The notes: generated from the sequence alone by a model not told the origin. 49,340 bases of DNA from Chloroflexota bacterium (GCA_011388675.1 DROW01000181.1:1-49340); one strand, 5' to 3'. Shown: positions 26,639-36,621, counted from the first letter of the stretch. Program-made: numbers and translations.

Positions 26639-28217
26639 TCAAACGATAGAGATAGACATCTACCCAGAGGAAGTGGCCCTCCTCGATCCGGTCTCCGTGA
26701 GCCTCCAGCCACCGCCACACCAGGTTCCGCTCGTCCCACATCGCCACCTCGGAGCCGATGAACCACACCCGCTCCCGGCCCGAGGTCATCGACCTCATCC
26801 ACTGGGCGGCCTGTGCCTCGCTCATCTGGTATGTTCCCTCAGGGGTGCGATAGTTGGTGTAGAGCCCATCGGCCCAGCCGTAGGTGGGCGGCCCGAAGTA
26901 ATAATCGAAGGTATAACGGATGTGGGGAATCTGGAAGATCAGAAGATCCCCTGCCTCGTACCGCTCTTCGACGAAGGCGGCCGCTGCCCGCAGGTCGGCC
27001 TTGGTGGGCAGGGCGGACTGGACCCAGAGGTTGCCGCCGAAGACCAGCAGGACCGCCAGCGCCAGGGGGAAGGCCGCCCCCCTTCCCCACCGCCACAGGA
27101 AGTCGATCCCCGCGCCGCACAGCAGGTATAGCGCGGGAGCGGCCCAGATGAGATAACGGTCGGTGAACAGCGGCTGTCGCAGCGACACGGCCCAGATCCC
27201 CAGCAGCGGCACCGCCATCCAGCCGAGCAGACCGAGGAGCACCTGGCCTCCTCGCGCACGGCCCCTCCGCCCCACGAGCAGCGCCGTCACTCCGAGCAGC
27301 GCCGCCAGCCCTCCGGGGAGGGTACCCAGCAACCCTCCCCACGCCCGTATCCCCGTCGTCCATCCGGTCCACAGGATCCCCGCCATCTGACCCAGGGTGT
27401 GATGAGGGAAGCCGGTCTCGCGCGGCACCAGCGCGTACCGGATCTCCCACGCAGCCAGGGGGATGTAGGGGAGGGTCAACAGGGCCAGCGTGACGACAGC
27501 CCCCAGCCAGCGTCGCCGCCCACGGGGACGCCAGAGCAGCAGGAGGAAGACGTACAGCGGGACCAACAGCGCGCACCAGATATGGAGGTAGAAGGCCATC
27601 GTGGTCGCAGCGACGACCGTCGCCCACCACCGGGCCCGGCCTTCCTCCACGGCGCGCCGCAGCGCATAGACGGCCAGGAGGGCAAGGGCGGTGACCAGCG
27701 AGTACATCTTGACCTCCTGGCTGTACCAGACCAGATATGGAGAGAGGGCGATCAGCATCGCAGCAGCCGTTCCCGTCTCGCGACGGACCAGACGGGTCCC
27801 CAGCACGTAGACCAGCGGCACGGCGAGCACGCCGAACCACAGGGAGAAGAAGCGGAGAGCGCTGACCGAGGTGCCACCGAGGGCGATCCAACCGCGCAGG
27901 AGGAAGTAGTACAGCGGGCCGTTGTTGCGGATCATCCCCCTCAGGACGCCGACCAAGCGGCCCGAAAGCGGCTGATCCGGCCGCACCGAGGCGACCGGCG
28001 TCGGGGGGCAGGCGCAGGGAGGGAAGGCGGATGGGACGTAGGAGGGATCGACGGCCCGGAGCAGCGCCTGGGGAAAACCGAAGGCGTAGCACAGGGCATC
28101 GACCTCGTCCCGCCAGAGGGATTGGGCCTCCAGCGGGACCGCACGGACGGCGAAGGCCAGGAGCACGAGCAAAAGCAGGAAAGCGGTTCGGGGTCGGATC
28201 GCGGACGTACGGCTCAC
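26604..28217 (-). CDS. GT-C glycosyltransferase (family 39/PMT-like)
   Basis: QSLWRDE, PLYYFLL, R..S, YSQEVKMY, many TMs; GTG start coupled to rhomboid stop. Confidence 0.88.
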   Translation of the reverse strand: MSRTSAIRPRTAFLLLLVLLAFAVRAVPLEAQSLWRDEVDALCYAFGFPQALLRAVDPSYVPSAFPPCACPPTPVASVRPDQPLSGRLVGVLRGMIRNNGPLYYFLLRGWIALGGTSVSALRFFSLWFGVLAVPLVYVLGTRLVRRETGTAAAMLIALSPYLVWYSQEVKMYSLVTALALLAVYALRRAVEEGRARWWATVVAATTMAFYLHIWCALLVPLYVFLLLLWRPRGRRRWLGAVVTLALLTLPYIPLAAWEIRYALVPRETGFPHHTLGQMAGILWTGWTTGIRAWGGLLGTLPGGLAALLGVTALLVGRRGRARGGQVLLGLLGWMAVPLLGIWAVSLRQPLFTDRYLIWAAPALYLLCGAGIDFLWRWGRGAAFPLALAVLLVFGGNLWVQSALPTKADLRAAAAFVEERYEAGDLLIFQIPHIRYTFDYYFGPPTYGWADGLYTNYRTPEGTYQMSEAQAAQWMRSMTSGRERVWFIGSEVAMWDERNLVWRWLEAHGDRIEEGHFLWVDVYLYRLNHGDAESAENS

Positions 28218-28879
28218 CACCGCCTCGCCAGCCGCACCAGAAACCCAACGACCAACCCGGCCACGAAGCCGCCGATGTGGGCGAACCACGCGACGCCGCC
28301 GGTCGCCAGGGTCGCCGCCCCCAGACTGAGGAAGCCGTTGAATAACTGGATGACGAACCACATCCCCAACACGATCAGAGCCGGCACGCGGGCGACGCGC
28401 ATAAAGTAGAAGCCGGGGACCAGCACCCGCACCGGCGCGGCGGGATAGAGCACCAGATACACGGCCAGCACACCGGCGATGGCCCCACTGGCTCCCACGC
28501 CGGGGATCTGAGAATGGGGGGCGACGACGACCTGCGCCAGGCCCGCCGCGATCCCGGCCGCGAAGTAGAAGAGAGCATAGCCGACCTTCCCCAGGGCGTC
28601 CTCAACGTTGTCGCCGAAGATCCAGAGGTAGAGCATATTGCCGATCAAGTGGGTCCATCCGGCGTGGAGGAACATCGAGGTAACCAGGGTGAACGGCGCC
28701 CAGGGATACTGCGTCGGATGGGTGATGTAGTAAGGGACCGCGCCGAACGTCGTCAACAAAACGTCCACGTAGGGCCCCAGGAGCCACTCGACGAGGAAGA
28801 CCGCGACGTTGAGGCCAATCAGCCCATACGTGACCACCGGTATCCCCCGGCTGCGGATTTCATCCGAGATCGGGATCAT
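28214..28879 (-). CDS. Rhomboid intramembrane serine protease
   Basis: MFLH..WTHLIGNM, GASG, AHIGG. Confidence 0.95.
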   Translation of the reverse strand: MIPISDEIRSRGIPVVTYGLIGLNVAVFLVEWLLGPYVDVLLTTFGAVPYYITHPTQYPWAPFTLVTSMFLHAGWTHLIGNMLYLWIFGDNVEDALGKVGYALFYFAAGIAAGLAQVVVAPHSQIPGVGASGAIAGVLAVYLVLYPAAPVRVLVPGFYFMRVARVPALIVLGMWFVIQLFNGFLSLGAATLATGGVAWFAHIGGFVAGLVVGFLVRLARRW

Positions 28880-28892
28880 CTTCTCTCCCCTA

Positions 28893-28964
28893 CATCCTTA
28901 CTTCCCTGCTTCCTTGCTTCCCTGCTTCCCCACTTCCCCGCTTCCCCGCTTCCCTGCTCCCCTG
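28893..28964. repeat. Octamer tandem repeat (CTTCCCYR-like) x9
   Basis: Directly read, 8-bp period, intergenic. Confidence 0.9.
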
Positions 28965-28971
28965 CCTTCCA

Positions 28972-29502
28972 CTACCGCCGTCGATTCGGTCGGCGCCAGT
29001 ACCCCCGGTGCAGGGCCCGCGCCTCGGAGACCACCACGATCGCCTTCTCGTCCATCTCCTCGGCGATCCGGATCACCTCGGGGACGCTCTTGCGGGGCAC
29101 CAGCGCCTCGACGACGACGACGGGGGCCTCGCGCCCTCGGCCGTACAACTGGGTCGCCCCGAACCCCGCCGCCCGCAGGGCGTCGGCGACCTCGCCGCCG
29201 TGGGAGGTGGAGATGATCTGGACCTGTGCGTAGCCCAGGGCCAGCCGCTCCTCCACAGCCAGCCCCAGCCACGTCCCCACGGCGAAGCCCCCCACGTAGG
29301 CCGCGATGTTCAGCGCGTTGTCCAGATTGGTCACCACCTTCCCGATGGCGATCACATAGACGAAGGTGCTCAAACTGCCGGTGAGGATGGCCGGGAACTT
29401 CCGCCCCTGGACGGTGAGAATGGTGGACAACGTGCTGACGGTGATCCCTATGAGCCGCAACAGGAAGATGAGCAAGGCCTCCGCCGCGATGTCTGTCGTC
29501 AT
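28972..29502 (-). CDS. UPF0316 / DUF5698-DUF2179 membrane protein
   Basis: AYVGGFAVG..LG..EE..ALG, L..AGFGAT...G.G, D.KA. Confidence 0.82.
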   Translation of the reverse strand: MTTDIAAEALLIFLLRLIGITVSTLSTILTVQGRKFPAILTGSLSTFVYVIAIGKVVTNLDNALNIAAYVGGFAVGTWLGLAVEERLALGYAQVQIISTSHGGEVADALRAAGFGATQLYGRGREAPVVVVEALVPRKSVPEVIRIAEEMDEKAIVVVSEARALHRGYWRRPNRRR

Positions 29503-29512
29503 ACCGCCGTCC

Positions 29513-30502
29513 TCACTCCGGTTCAGATTGAATCCCCCACCAGTACATATCGGCCAGTCGCTGATGCTCCTGGCGAAGGCGAACGTAACTTTCGTACCGG
29601 TGCTGATGGATCTTCCCCTCCTCGAGAGCCGCGATCACGGCACACCCCGGTTCCACCGTGTGGGTGCAATCGGAGAAGCGACACTGAGAGACGTAGGGCG
29701 CGATGTCCGGGAAGTAGGCGTCCAGTTCCTCCGGCTCCACGTCGAACAGGGCGAGCGCACGGATGCCCGGCGTGTCGGCGACCCAGCCGCCCTGGTCGAG
29801 CGGGAAAAGTTGGGTGACCACCGTGGTGTGCCGCCCCTTGCCGGTGGCGTGGCTGACCTCGCGCACCTTGAGCCCCAGCCCCGGCTGGATGACGTTCAGC
29901 AGGCTGCTCTTCCCCACGCCGGAGGGGCCGACCAGGGCGGAGACCTTGTCCTTCAGACGGGCCGCCAGTTCGTCCACCCCCTCCCCGGTCTCGGCGCTGG
30001 TGTAGATCACCGGGTAGCCGATCTCCTCGTAGATGCCGAACAACTGGCGTGGAACCTCGGGCTCGACCAGGTCGATCTTGTTGGCGCAGATCACGGCGGG
30101 GATCTCCTGCAGTTCCGCCCCCACTAGCAACCGATCCAGCATCCGCAGCCGTGGCTCCGGCTCGGCGCAGGCGAAGACGAAGACCGCCTGGTCCGGATTG
30201 GCCAGGATCACCTGCTCCCGTTCCGAGAGGAACCCCTTGCGGTCCCACCGTCGCGAGCCCCGGCCGCCGGGAGGGGGCTCCAACCGGGTGAGGGCCCGTT
30301 CCCGCTCCTTCACTTCCTCGATCACCCCGGTTCCGTCCGGCAAGATCTGGATCCGCACCCGGTCCCCCACCGCCACAGGGTCGGTATCCAACCGCGCACG
30401 CTTCAGCCGCCCTCGCAGCCTACAGAGGATGTCCCCCTGATCGGTGTGCACGGTGTAGAAGCCGCTCTGTGCCTTGATGACCAACCCGTCGATCCACTCC
30501 AA
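29513..30502 (-). CDS. rsgA: Ribosome small subunit-dependent GTPase A
   Basis: NKID, GPSGVGKSS, KGRHTT, DTPG, CRFSDCTH..EPGC. Confidence 0.96.
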   Translation of the reverse strand: MEWIDGLVIKAQSGFYTVHTDQGDILCRLRGRLKRARLDTDPVAVGDRVRIQILPDGTGVIEEVKERERALTRLEPPPGGRGSRRWDRKGFLSEREQVILANPDQAVFVFACAEPEPRLRMLDRLLVGAELQEIPAVICANKIDLVEPEVPRQLFGIYEEIGYPVIYTSAETGEGVDELAARLKDKVSALVGPSGVGKSSLLNVIQPGLGLKVREVSHATGKGRHTTVVTQLFPLDQGGWVADTPGIRALALFDVEPEELDAYFPDIAPYVSQCRFSDCTHTVEPGCAVIAALEEGKIHQHRYESYVRLRQEHQRLADMYWWGIQSEPE

Positions 30503-30517
30503 TGTCCTTCCTCCCCT

Positions 30518-32044
30518 CTACGGTGTCGGCGTGGGCACTGGCGTGCCCTCCGCCTCCTGGCAGAGGCGGATGCCTTCCAGGGCATTGGGCTCCTCCGGGT
30601 CGATCTGGAGGGCCGCCTCGAAAAGAGGATATGCCCGCTCGCATTGGGCCATATAGAAGTAGCAGAGCCCCAGGGTGTAGTAATGCTCGATGCGGGGCCC
30701 CCGCACCGGCTCGGCTGTCCCCTCGAACTCCACGCTGCCGTCCGCCTCCACGGGGAGCGGACCGGTGTTGAACGGCGTGCCGTCCAGCGCGTCCAAGCCC
30801 GCGAACCACCCCACGTACACCTGATCGGCCGGGAGGGGAGGCAGCCCCTGGGCGGAGAGGGTGTATCGCCCCGAGAGCACGTCCAGGACCAGCCGTCCCT
30901 CCGCACTTCCACCTTCCCTCAAGTAGATCCCCGGCTCCAGCGTCGCCGTCAGGCGGGTCCGCCGGTCGTTGCCCCACTCCAGTTCCCCCTCCAACGCCAC
31001 ATCGGGCGAGGGGTAGAGAATTGGATCCTGGGTCGATTCCACGGTGATGGAGAAGCCGTAGGCCTTCCGCCGGGCCGCCTGATAGGCCAGATCGATCGCC
31101 TTCTCGAAGTTGGGGATGGCCGACTCGTAGTTCCGGCGGACCCAGTAGGTGGTCGCCAGGTGGCCGTAGGCCGGGGCGTAGTTCGGATCCGCCTCGATCG
31201 CCTGCTCCAGGTACGACTGGGCCAGTTCGTAGTCCTGAATGGCGAAGTAGGTCCACCCCAACTGGTCCAGCGCGTCCGGCCGCTCCGGGTCCAGTTCCAC
31301 CGCACGCTGGAAGGCCTCCAGCGCGCTGGCCGTGTCGGTGAGGGCCAGGTAGTTTCGACCGATGTCCAGGTAAAGGTGGGCCAGGTACGGATGGATCTCC
31401 AGCGCCTGGCGGTACGCCTCGATGGCCCCGCTCCAGTTCCCCAGGTGCTCCAGGACGTATCCGTAGGCGCGGTGGGCGTCCACGCTCCGGGGAGCCAACT
31501 CCAGCGCCTTCTGGGCGGCCTCCAGCCCCTTCTCCACCCGCCCGTCGTCGGTGTACGCCTCGGCCAGATAGGCGTAGGCCTCGGCGTAGGCGGGGTCCAG
31601 TTCCACCGCGCGCAGGCAGGCCTCGATGGCCTCCGGCACTCGCCCGACCCAGTCGTAGGTCAGCCCCAGCACAGCCCAGGCGGGCGCGGATTCGGGAGCG
31701 ACGTCCACTCCCTTCTCCCCCCAATCGACGGCCTCCTCCGGACGCCCCTTCAGCACCAGCAGCCGAACCAGGGGCACGTAGAGGCTGACATCGTCCGGTG
31801 CCAGGCGGACCGCCTGTTTGTAGGCCTCGATCGCCTGCCCCAGGTCGCCCTGGATGTAGAAAGCCTCCGCCTCGTCCCGATAGGAGTAGGCCGAACGGGT
31901 GGGGGTCGGCGTCGGCGTGAAGGGGTTCTCGATCTGACGCCGCTGGATCAGGGTGTAGGCGTAAAGTGCTCCTGCGATGAGGACCAGCAGGAACAGCACA
32001 CGCCAGGGATTGGACCTTCTTCGCTTCCGCGGGCGGATGTACAT
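30518..32044 (-). CDS. Membrane-anchored TPR protein with inserted RskA-C-like beta domain
   Basis: Basic N-terminus + TM + PT linker, multiple TPRs, insert with LPPLPADQVYVGW; start ATG 32044. Confidence 0.85.
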   Translation of the reverse strand: MYIRPRKRRRSNPWRVLFLLVLIAGALYAYTLIQRRQIENPFTPTPTPTRSAYSYRDEAEAFYIQGDLGQAIEAYKQAVRLAPDDVSLYVPLVRLLVLKGRPEEAVDWGEKGVDVAPESAPAWAVLGLTYDWVGRVPEAIEACLRAVELDPAYAEAYAYLAEAYTDDGRVEKGLEAAQKALELAPRSVDAHRAYGYVLEHLGNWSGAIEAYRQALEIHPYLAHLYLDIGRNYLALTDTASALEAFQRAVELDPERPDALDQLGWTYFAIQDYELAQSYLEQAIEADPNYAPAYGHLATTYWVRRNYESAIPNFEKAIDLAYQAARRKAYGFSITVESTQDPILYPSPDVALEGELEWGNDRRTRLTATLEPGIYLREGGSAEGRLVLDVLSGRYTLSAQGLPPLPADQVYVGWFAGLDALDGTPFNTGPLPVEADGSVEFEGTAEPVRGPRIEHYYTLGLCYFYMAQCERAYPLFEAALQIDPEEPNALEGIRLCQEAEGTPVPTPTP

Positions 32045-32179
32045 CGACGCGACTCTCAATCCAGGATGTGCCGCAATCATAACATCGGGCCAGCGGCAAG
32101 TCAAGCAGCCCGAGACGCCCTGGGGCCAGCGAAGACGTGTCCGATAGGGTGGATAGGCCCTGACCAGCAAGCGGTAGAT

Positions 32180-32208
32180 TTGCCACCGGGGTCGATTTGT
32201 CTTATAAT
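32180..32208 (+). promoter_or_regulatory. Promoter of tyrS leader
   Basis: TTGCCA-N17-TATAAT. Confidence 0.75.
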
Positions 32209-32235
32209 AACAACGGACTTCGCGTGGGGAAGGTT

Positions 32236-32280
32236 ATGTTGGGAAGCGCGTTCGCCTATACCTATCATAGCGGATTGTAG
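32236..32280 (+). CDS. Candidate tyrS leader peptide MLGSAFAYTYHSGL
   Basis: GGGGAAGG upstream, two TAT codons, followed by hairpins and a terminator. Confidence 0.4.
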   Translation: MLGSAFAYTYHSGL

Positions 32281-32327
32281 CGCGCGGCGCGGCCGACGCG
32301 CCGCCCGGCGCTACAATCCGTTCCCCG

Positions 32328-32355
32328 AGGCCCACCAGTGTGGGCCTATTTGTTT
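32328..32355 (+). terminator. Terminator-like hairpin in tyrS leader
   Basis: AGGCCCAC-cagt-GTGGGCCT-ATTTGTTT. Confidence 0.6.
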
Positions 32356-32409
32356 ACTGGCTCATCCTTTCCATTCACATTTCGGGTTACCCAATCGGGA
32401 GCAGAGACT

Positions 32410-33627
32410 ATGGGGAAGAAGTCGATCGATGAACAGGTCGCACTGGTGATGCACGGCGCCGAGTTCGGCGACGAGCAGATCAAGGAACGGATGGCTCAGG
32501 AACTGCGAGAGCGATTGGCGGAGGGCCGCCCTCTCCGGGTCTACTGCGGCTACGACCCAACGTCCCCCGACCTGCACCTGGGCCACACGGTCACGATGCG
32601 CAAACTCCGCCTGTTCCAGGACCTGGGGCACCACGTGATCTTCGTCATCGGCACCTACACCGCGCTCATCGGCGACCCCTCAGACAAGGACAAGGCCCGT
32701 CCCCGGCTCACGCTGGAACAGATCGAGGCGAACGCCCAAACCTACGTCCAGCAGGCGTTCAAGATCCTCGATCCGGACCGAACGGAGGTCCGATACAACG
32801 GCGAGTGGCTCTCCAAACTGACCTACAAGGAGATCGTCGAACTGGCCTCGCTGTTCACGGTGCAGCAGTTCCTGGAGCGGGACAACTTCGCCAAGCGATA
32901 CAAGCGGGGCGACCCGATCTGGCTGCACGAGTTTATGTACGCCCTGATGCAGGGGTACGACGCCGTCGCTCTCCGGGCCGACGTCCAGATCGGCGCGACG
33001 GAGCAGCTGTTCAACCTGCTGGCCGGACGGCGGATCCAGGAGCACTTCGGGCAGCAACCCCAGATCTGCATCACCTACCCGATCCTCGTCGGCACCGACG
33101 GGAAACTGCGGATGTCCAAGAGCACGGGCAACTACATCGGCATCGACGAACCCCCGGAGGAGATGTACGGGAAGGTGATGTCGATCCCGGACGAGGCGAT
33201 GCCCAATTACTTCGACCTGGTTACCCGGTGGACCCCAGAGGAGATCGAGCGGTTGAAGGCCGGTCTGGCCGACGGCTCCATCCATCCGCGCGACGCCAAG
33301 ATGAGGCTGGCCTGGGAAATCGTGGCCTCCCTCCACGGCGAGGAGGCGGCGGACGCCGCCGAAGCCCACTTCCGTCGGGTGTTCCAGGAGCGAAATCTGC
33401 CGGAGCAGATGCCGACGTGGGAACTCAGCGAGCCGATCAACGTCGTCGATCTGATCTTCGCGGCCGGGATGGCCCGTTCCAAGAGCGAGGCCCGGCGATT
33501 GGTGCAGCAGGGCGCTGTGCGGCTGGACGGGGAGCGGGTGAGCGACATCGAAACGACGATCGAGCCGAAGGAAGCGGTGCTCCGGGTGGGCAAGCGTCGC
33601 TTCCTCCGCCTGGTCCCCGCTTCGTGA
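32410..33627 (+). CDS. tyrS: Tyrosine--tRNA ligase
   Basis: GYDPT..LHLGH, YALMQGYD, MSKS, C-terminal S4 domain. Confidence 0.97.
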   Translation: MGKKSIDEQVALVMHGAEFGDEQIKERMAQELRERLAEGRPLRVYCGYDPTSPDLHLGHTVTMRKLRLFQDLGHHVIFVIGTYTALIGDPSDKDKARPRLTLEQIEANAQTYVQQAFKILDPDRTEVRYNGEWLSKLTYKEIVELASLFTVQQFLERDNFAKRYKRGDPIWLHEFMYALMQGYDAVALRADVQIGATEQLFNLLAGRRIQEHFGQQPQICITYPILVGTDGKLRMSKSTGNYIGIDEPPEEMYGKVMSIPDEAMPNYFDLVTRWTPEEIERLKAGLADGSIHPRDAKMRLAWEIVASLHGEEAADAAEAHFRRVFQERNLPEQMPTWELSEPINVVDLIFAAGMARSKSEARRLVQQGAVRLDGERVSDIETTIEPKEAVLRVGKRRFLRLVPAS

Positions 33628-33676
33628 CGCGCCCCCTTTCTTCCAGGGGACCACGTTCTTCGTGAAGGCACGGCAA

Positions 33677-34462
33677 ATGCCCTACTGCGTCATCGACGGC
33701 CTGCGGATGCACTATCTGCTGGAGGGGGACGGGCCCGCGGTGCTCCTCCTCCACGGGCTGGGGTCCCGGGGTGAGGACTGGATGCCCCAGATCGTCGCTC
33801 TGGCGGGGGCGGGGTACACCGCACTGGCCCCCGACCTGCGCGGCCACGGCAAGACCGACAAGCCGCCCGGCCCTTACACGATCCACCAGATGGCGGACGA
33901 CGTCAATGGGCTGCTGGAGAGGCTGGTGGTCGAACGCGCGGCCGTCGTAGGGCTTTCGCTGGGCGGCTTGGTGGCCCAATCCCTGGCCGTTCGGCACCCG
34001 GCACGGGTCCGGGCCCTCGTGCTGGTCAACACCTTCGCCCGGCTCCGCCTTGCAAGACGGCGGGGATGGTCCCTCTTTCTACGTCGGGGCTGGTCAATGG
34101 TCGCCGGGGGGATGAAGAAACAGGCCGAAACGGTGGCCCGGGAACTCTTCCCCCGGCCCGAGCAGGAGGGACTGCGCCGAATCGCGGCCAGGCGGCTCGC
34201 GGAAAACGACCCCGCTGCCTACCAGGCCACCGTCTGGGCGGTGCTTCGCTTCGACGGGCGGCGAGACCTGGAACGCATCCAGGCACCGACGCTGGTGGTG
34301 GCAGGGGCGGAAGATACGACGGTGAGTCTGGAGGCAAAGCAAGAACTGGCGACGCGGATCCCCAACGCCCGGCTGGAGATCGTCCCGGGTTCCGGGCACG
34401 CCACGCCGCTGGATCGGCCGGAGGCGTTCAACCGACTGCTCCTGGAGTTCCTGCGCGGTTGA
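33677..34462 (+). CDS. Alpha/beta hydrolase
   Basis: LLHGLG, DLRGHG, GLSLGG, GAED, GH (alternative start GTG 33662). Confidence 0.92.
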   Translation: MPYCVIDGLRMHYLLEGDGPAVLLLHGLGSRGEDWMPQIVALAGAGYTALAPDLRGHGKTDKPPGPYTIHQMADDVNGLLERLVVERAAVVGLSLGGLVAQSLAVRHPARVRALVLVNTFARLRLARRRGWSLFLRRGWSMVAGGMKKQAETVARELFPRPEQEGLRRIAARRLAENDPAAYQATVWAVLRFDGRRDLERIQAPTLVVAGAEDTTVSLEAKQELATRIPNARLEIVPGSGHATPLDRPEAFNRLLLEFLRG

Positions 34463-34537
34463 TCCCCCTTTGGGGAAACCTGCGGGGAGGTTGTCCTTCT
34501 CCCCCCTCGTGCTATACTCTCCCCGGAGGGAACGACG

Positions 34538-35593
34538 GTGAAGAACGAACGGACCGCGATCAACCTCCCCCGCCGCCTGGCCGACCTGCGGGGGTTGCTG
34601 GAGGCCCTGGACTGGGACCGGCTGTCGTTGGCCGTGCAGCAGGAGGCCGCCGCCCGACTGGCTATCGTCGGGCCGGTCAACGCCGGAAAGTCCACGCTCT
34701 TCAACCTCCTCAAGGGCCAGAAGATCTCCCCGGTCACCGCCGTGCCTGGCACCACGCGGGAGGTGGTCGAGGAACGGATGGGGCCGTTCATCCTGGTAGA
34801 TACCCCCGGCTTCGGGGAGGTCGACGGGGTGGACCGTGCGGAGATCGCGCGGCGGGCCGCCGAGGAAGCGGACGTGGTTCTCCTTTTACTGGATGCAGCC
34901 GCTGGCCTGCGCCAATCCGATTACGAGATCTACCAATCGCTCCTAGGGGCCGGGAAGCCCGTGGTGGTAGCGCTGAACAAAGCGGACCTGGTCCAGCGGG
35001 ACCTGTCGGCGGTGCTGGAGGACGCGGAGCGGAAACTGGGGGTCCGGCCCATCCCCATTTCGGCCAAGACCGGCTGGGGCGTGGCTGCCCACCTCATTCC
35101 GACCATCGTCGAGGCCCATCCCTGGATGCTGGTTGCCCTGGGGCGGGCGCTGCCCGCTTACCGGCGGCGGCTGGCCCAGCGGCTGATCCGCAGCGCCGCC
35201 CTCCTCAACGGCCTCATCGCCGTCGAGCCGGTGCCGGGGCTGGACGTTCCCCTCCTCCTGGCGGGACAGGTACGGATGGTCCTGCGCATCGCCGCCATCT
35301 ACGGCGAATCCCTCTCTGCCCGCCACGCCAAGGAACTCCTCACCACCATCGCGGGCGGCGTGGGGCTTCGCTATCTGGCTGGCGAACTGGCCAAAGTGAT
35401 CCCCGGGCCGGGATGGGTCGTGGCGGGTGCCGTCGCAGGCCTCGGCACCTGGGCGATGGGACAGACGGCCGTCGCCTACTTCGAGCACGGCAAGCGGCTC
35501 ACCCCGGTCCAGTTGAACGAGATGTATCGCCGCCTGCGCTGGCCCCGCCGTCGGCCACAGGCGGCGAGGGAGGGGAAAGGAGGTGAAGGATGA
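34538..35593 (+). CDS. Era/MMR_HSR1-like GTPase fused to DUF697 (YcjF-like) domain
   Basis: GPVNAGKS, GTT, DTPG, NKAD, SAK; P.PG.D..LL..Q..M. Confidence 0.85.
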   Translation: MKNERTAINLPRRLADLRGLLEALDWDRLSLAVQQEAAARLAIVGPVNAGKSTLFNLLKGQKISPVTAVPGTTREVVEERMGPFILVDTPGFGEVDGVDRAEIARRAAEEADVVLLLLDAAAGLRQSDYEIYQSLLGAGKPVVVALNKADLVQRDLSAVLEDAERKLGVRPIPISAKTGWGVAAHLIPTIVEAHPWMLVALGRALPAYRRRLAQRLIRSAALLNGLIAVEPVPGLDVPLLLAGQVRMVLRIAAIYGESLSARHAKELLTTIAGGVGLRYLAGELAKVIPGPGWVVAGAVAGLGTWAMGQTAVAYFEHGKRLTPVQLNEMYRRLRWPRRRPQAAREGKGGEG

Positions 35594-36588
35594 AAGAGCA
35601 GTTCATCCGCGACCTGCGACCGGGCGATCGGGTCCTCAGTTTCTTCCTCGTCCGCTACAAACAACTGGAGCCCTTCCGCGATCGGACGCGCGGGGAGTTC
35701 CTCACCCTGATCCTGGCCGACCGAACGGGTGAGGTGCTGGCCCGGGTCTGGGAGGACGCACCCGCCGTGGCCGAGACCTTCCAGGAGGGTCAGGTGGTCA
35801 AAGTGCTGGGGCGGATGGAGGAGTACCTAGATCGCTGGCAGGTGATCGTCGAGAAGATCCGCCCGGCCGAAGAGGGAGAATACGACCTCGCCGATTTCCT
35901 CCCCGCCACCGAACGGGACATGGGGGAAATGCTGGCAGAGGTGCGGCAGACCATCGACGAGGTGAAGAACCCACACCTGCGGGCCCTCCTGCTCCGCTTC
36001 TTCGACGACCCCGAGTTCGTCGCTCGCTTCTCCCGCGCCCCCGCCGCCCGGCGGGTCCACCACGCCTACCTGGGAGGGCTTCTGGAGCACACGCTGGAAG
36101 TGGTCCACCTCTGCCGGTCGCTGATGGAACTGTACCCCCAGATCCACCACGACCTGCTGCTCACCGGCGCGCTCCTGCACGACGTCGGCAAGACGCGGGA
36201 GTTCGTCTACGAGACCGACATCGCCTACTCCGACGAGGGGCGATTGCTGGGCCACGTGGTCCTGTCGCTGGAGATGGTGGACGCGGCCCTGGCGGAGATG
36301 GAGGACTTCCCGGAGGAACTGGCGTTACGCCTGCGCCATATGATCGTCAGCCACCACGGTCGGTATGAGTGGGGATCTCCCCGACGGCCGAAGACGCTGG
36401 AGGCGGCGGCTCTACACTACGTAGAGAACCTCAGCGCCCAGGTCAATCGGTTCCACCGCATCATCGCCACGCGCCGAGACCGCACCCGTCCCTGGACCGA
36501 GTACGACACGTTGCTGCGGCGGTTCCTCTACGCGGGACGGGAGGGGGAGGAAGACCTTCCCGCGGAGGAAGAGGGGCCTGCAGCGTAG
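35590..36588 (+). CDS. OB-fold + HD domain nuclease (YhaM-like 3'-5' exoribonuclease)
   Basis: L.LADRTG, PAA..HHAY.GGLLEH, LHDVGK, SHHG..EWGSP. Confidence 0.9.
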   Translation: MKEQFIRDLRPGDRVLSFFLVRYKQLEPFRDRTRGEFLTLILADRTGEVLARVWEDAPAVAETFQEGQVVKVLGRMEEYLDRWQVIVEKIRPAEEGEYDLADFLPATERDMGEMLAEVRQTIDEVKNPHLRALLLRFFDDPEFVARFSRAPAARRVHHAYLGGLLEHTLEVVHLCRSLMELYPQIHHDLLLTGALLHDVGKTREFVYETDIAYSDEGRLLGHVVLSLEMVDAALAEMEDFPEELALRLRHMIVSHHGRYEWGSPRRPKTLEAAALHYVENLSAQVNRFHRIIATRRDRTRPWTEYDTLLRRFLYAGREGEEDLPAEEEGPAA

Positions 36589-36621
36589 GGTGCGCAGCGG
36601 TGGGGGCGGGGCACCACATAT

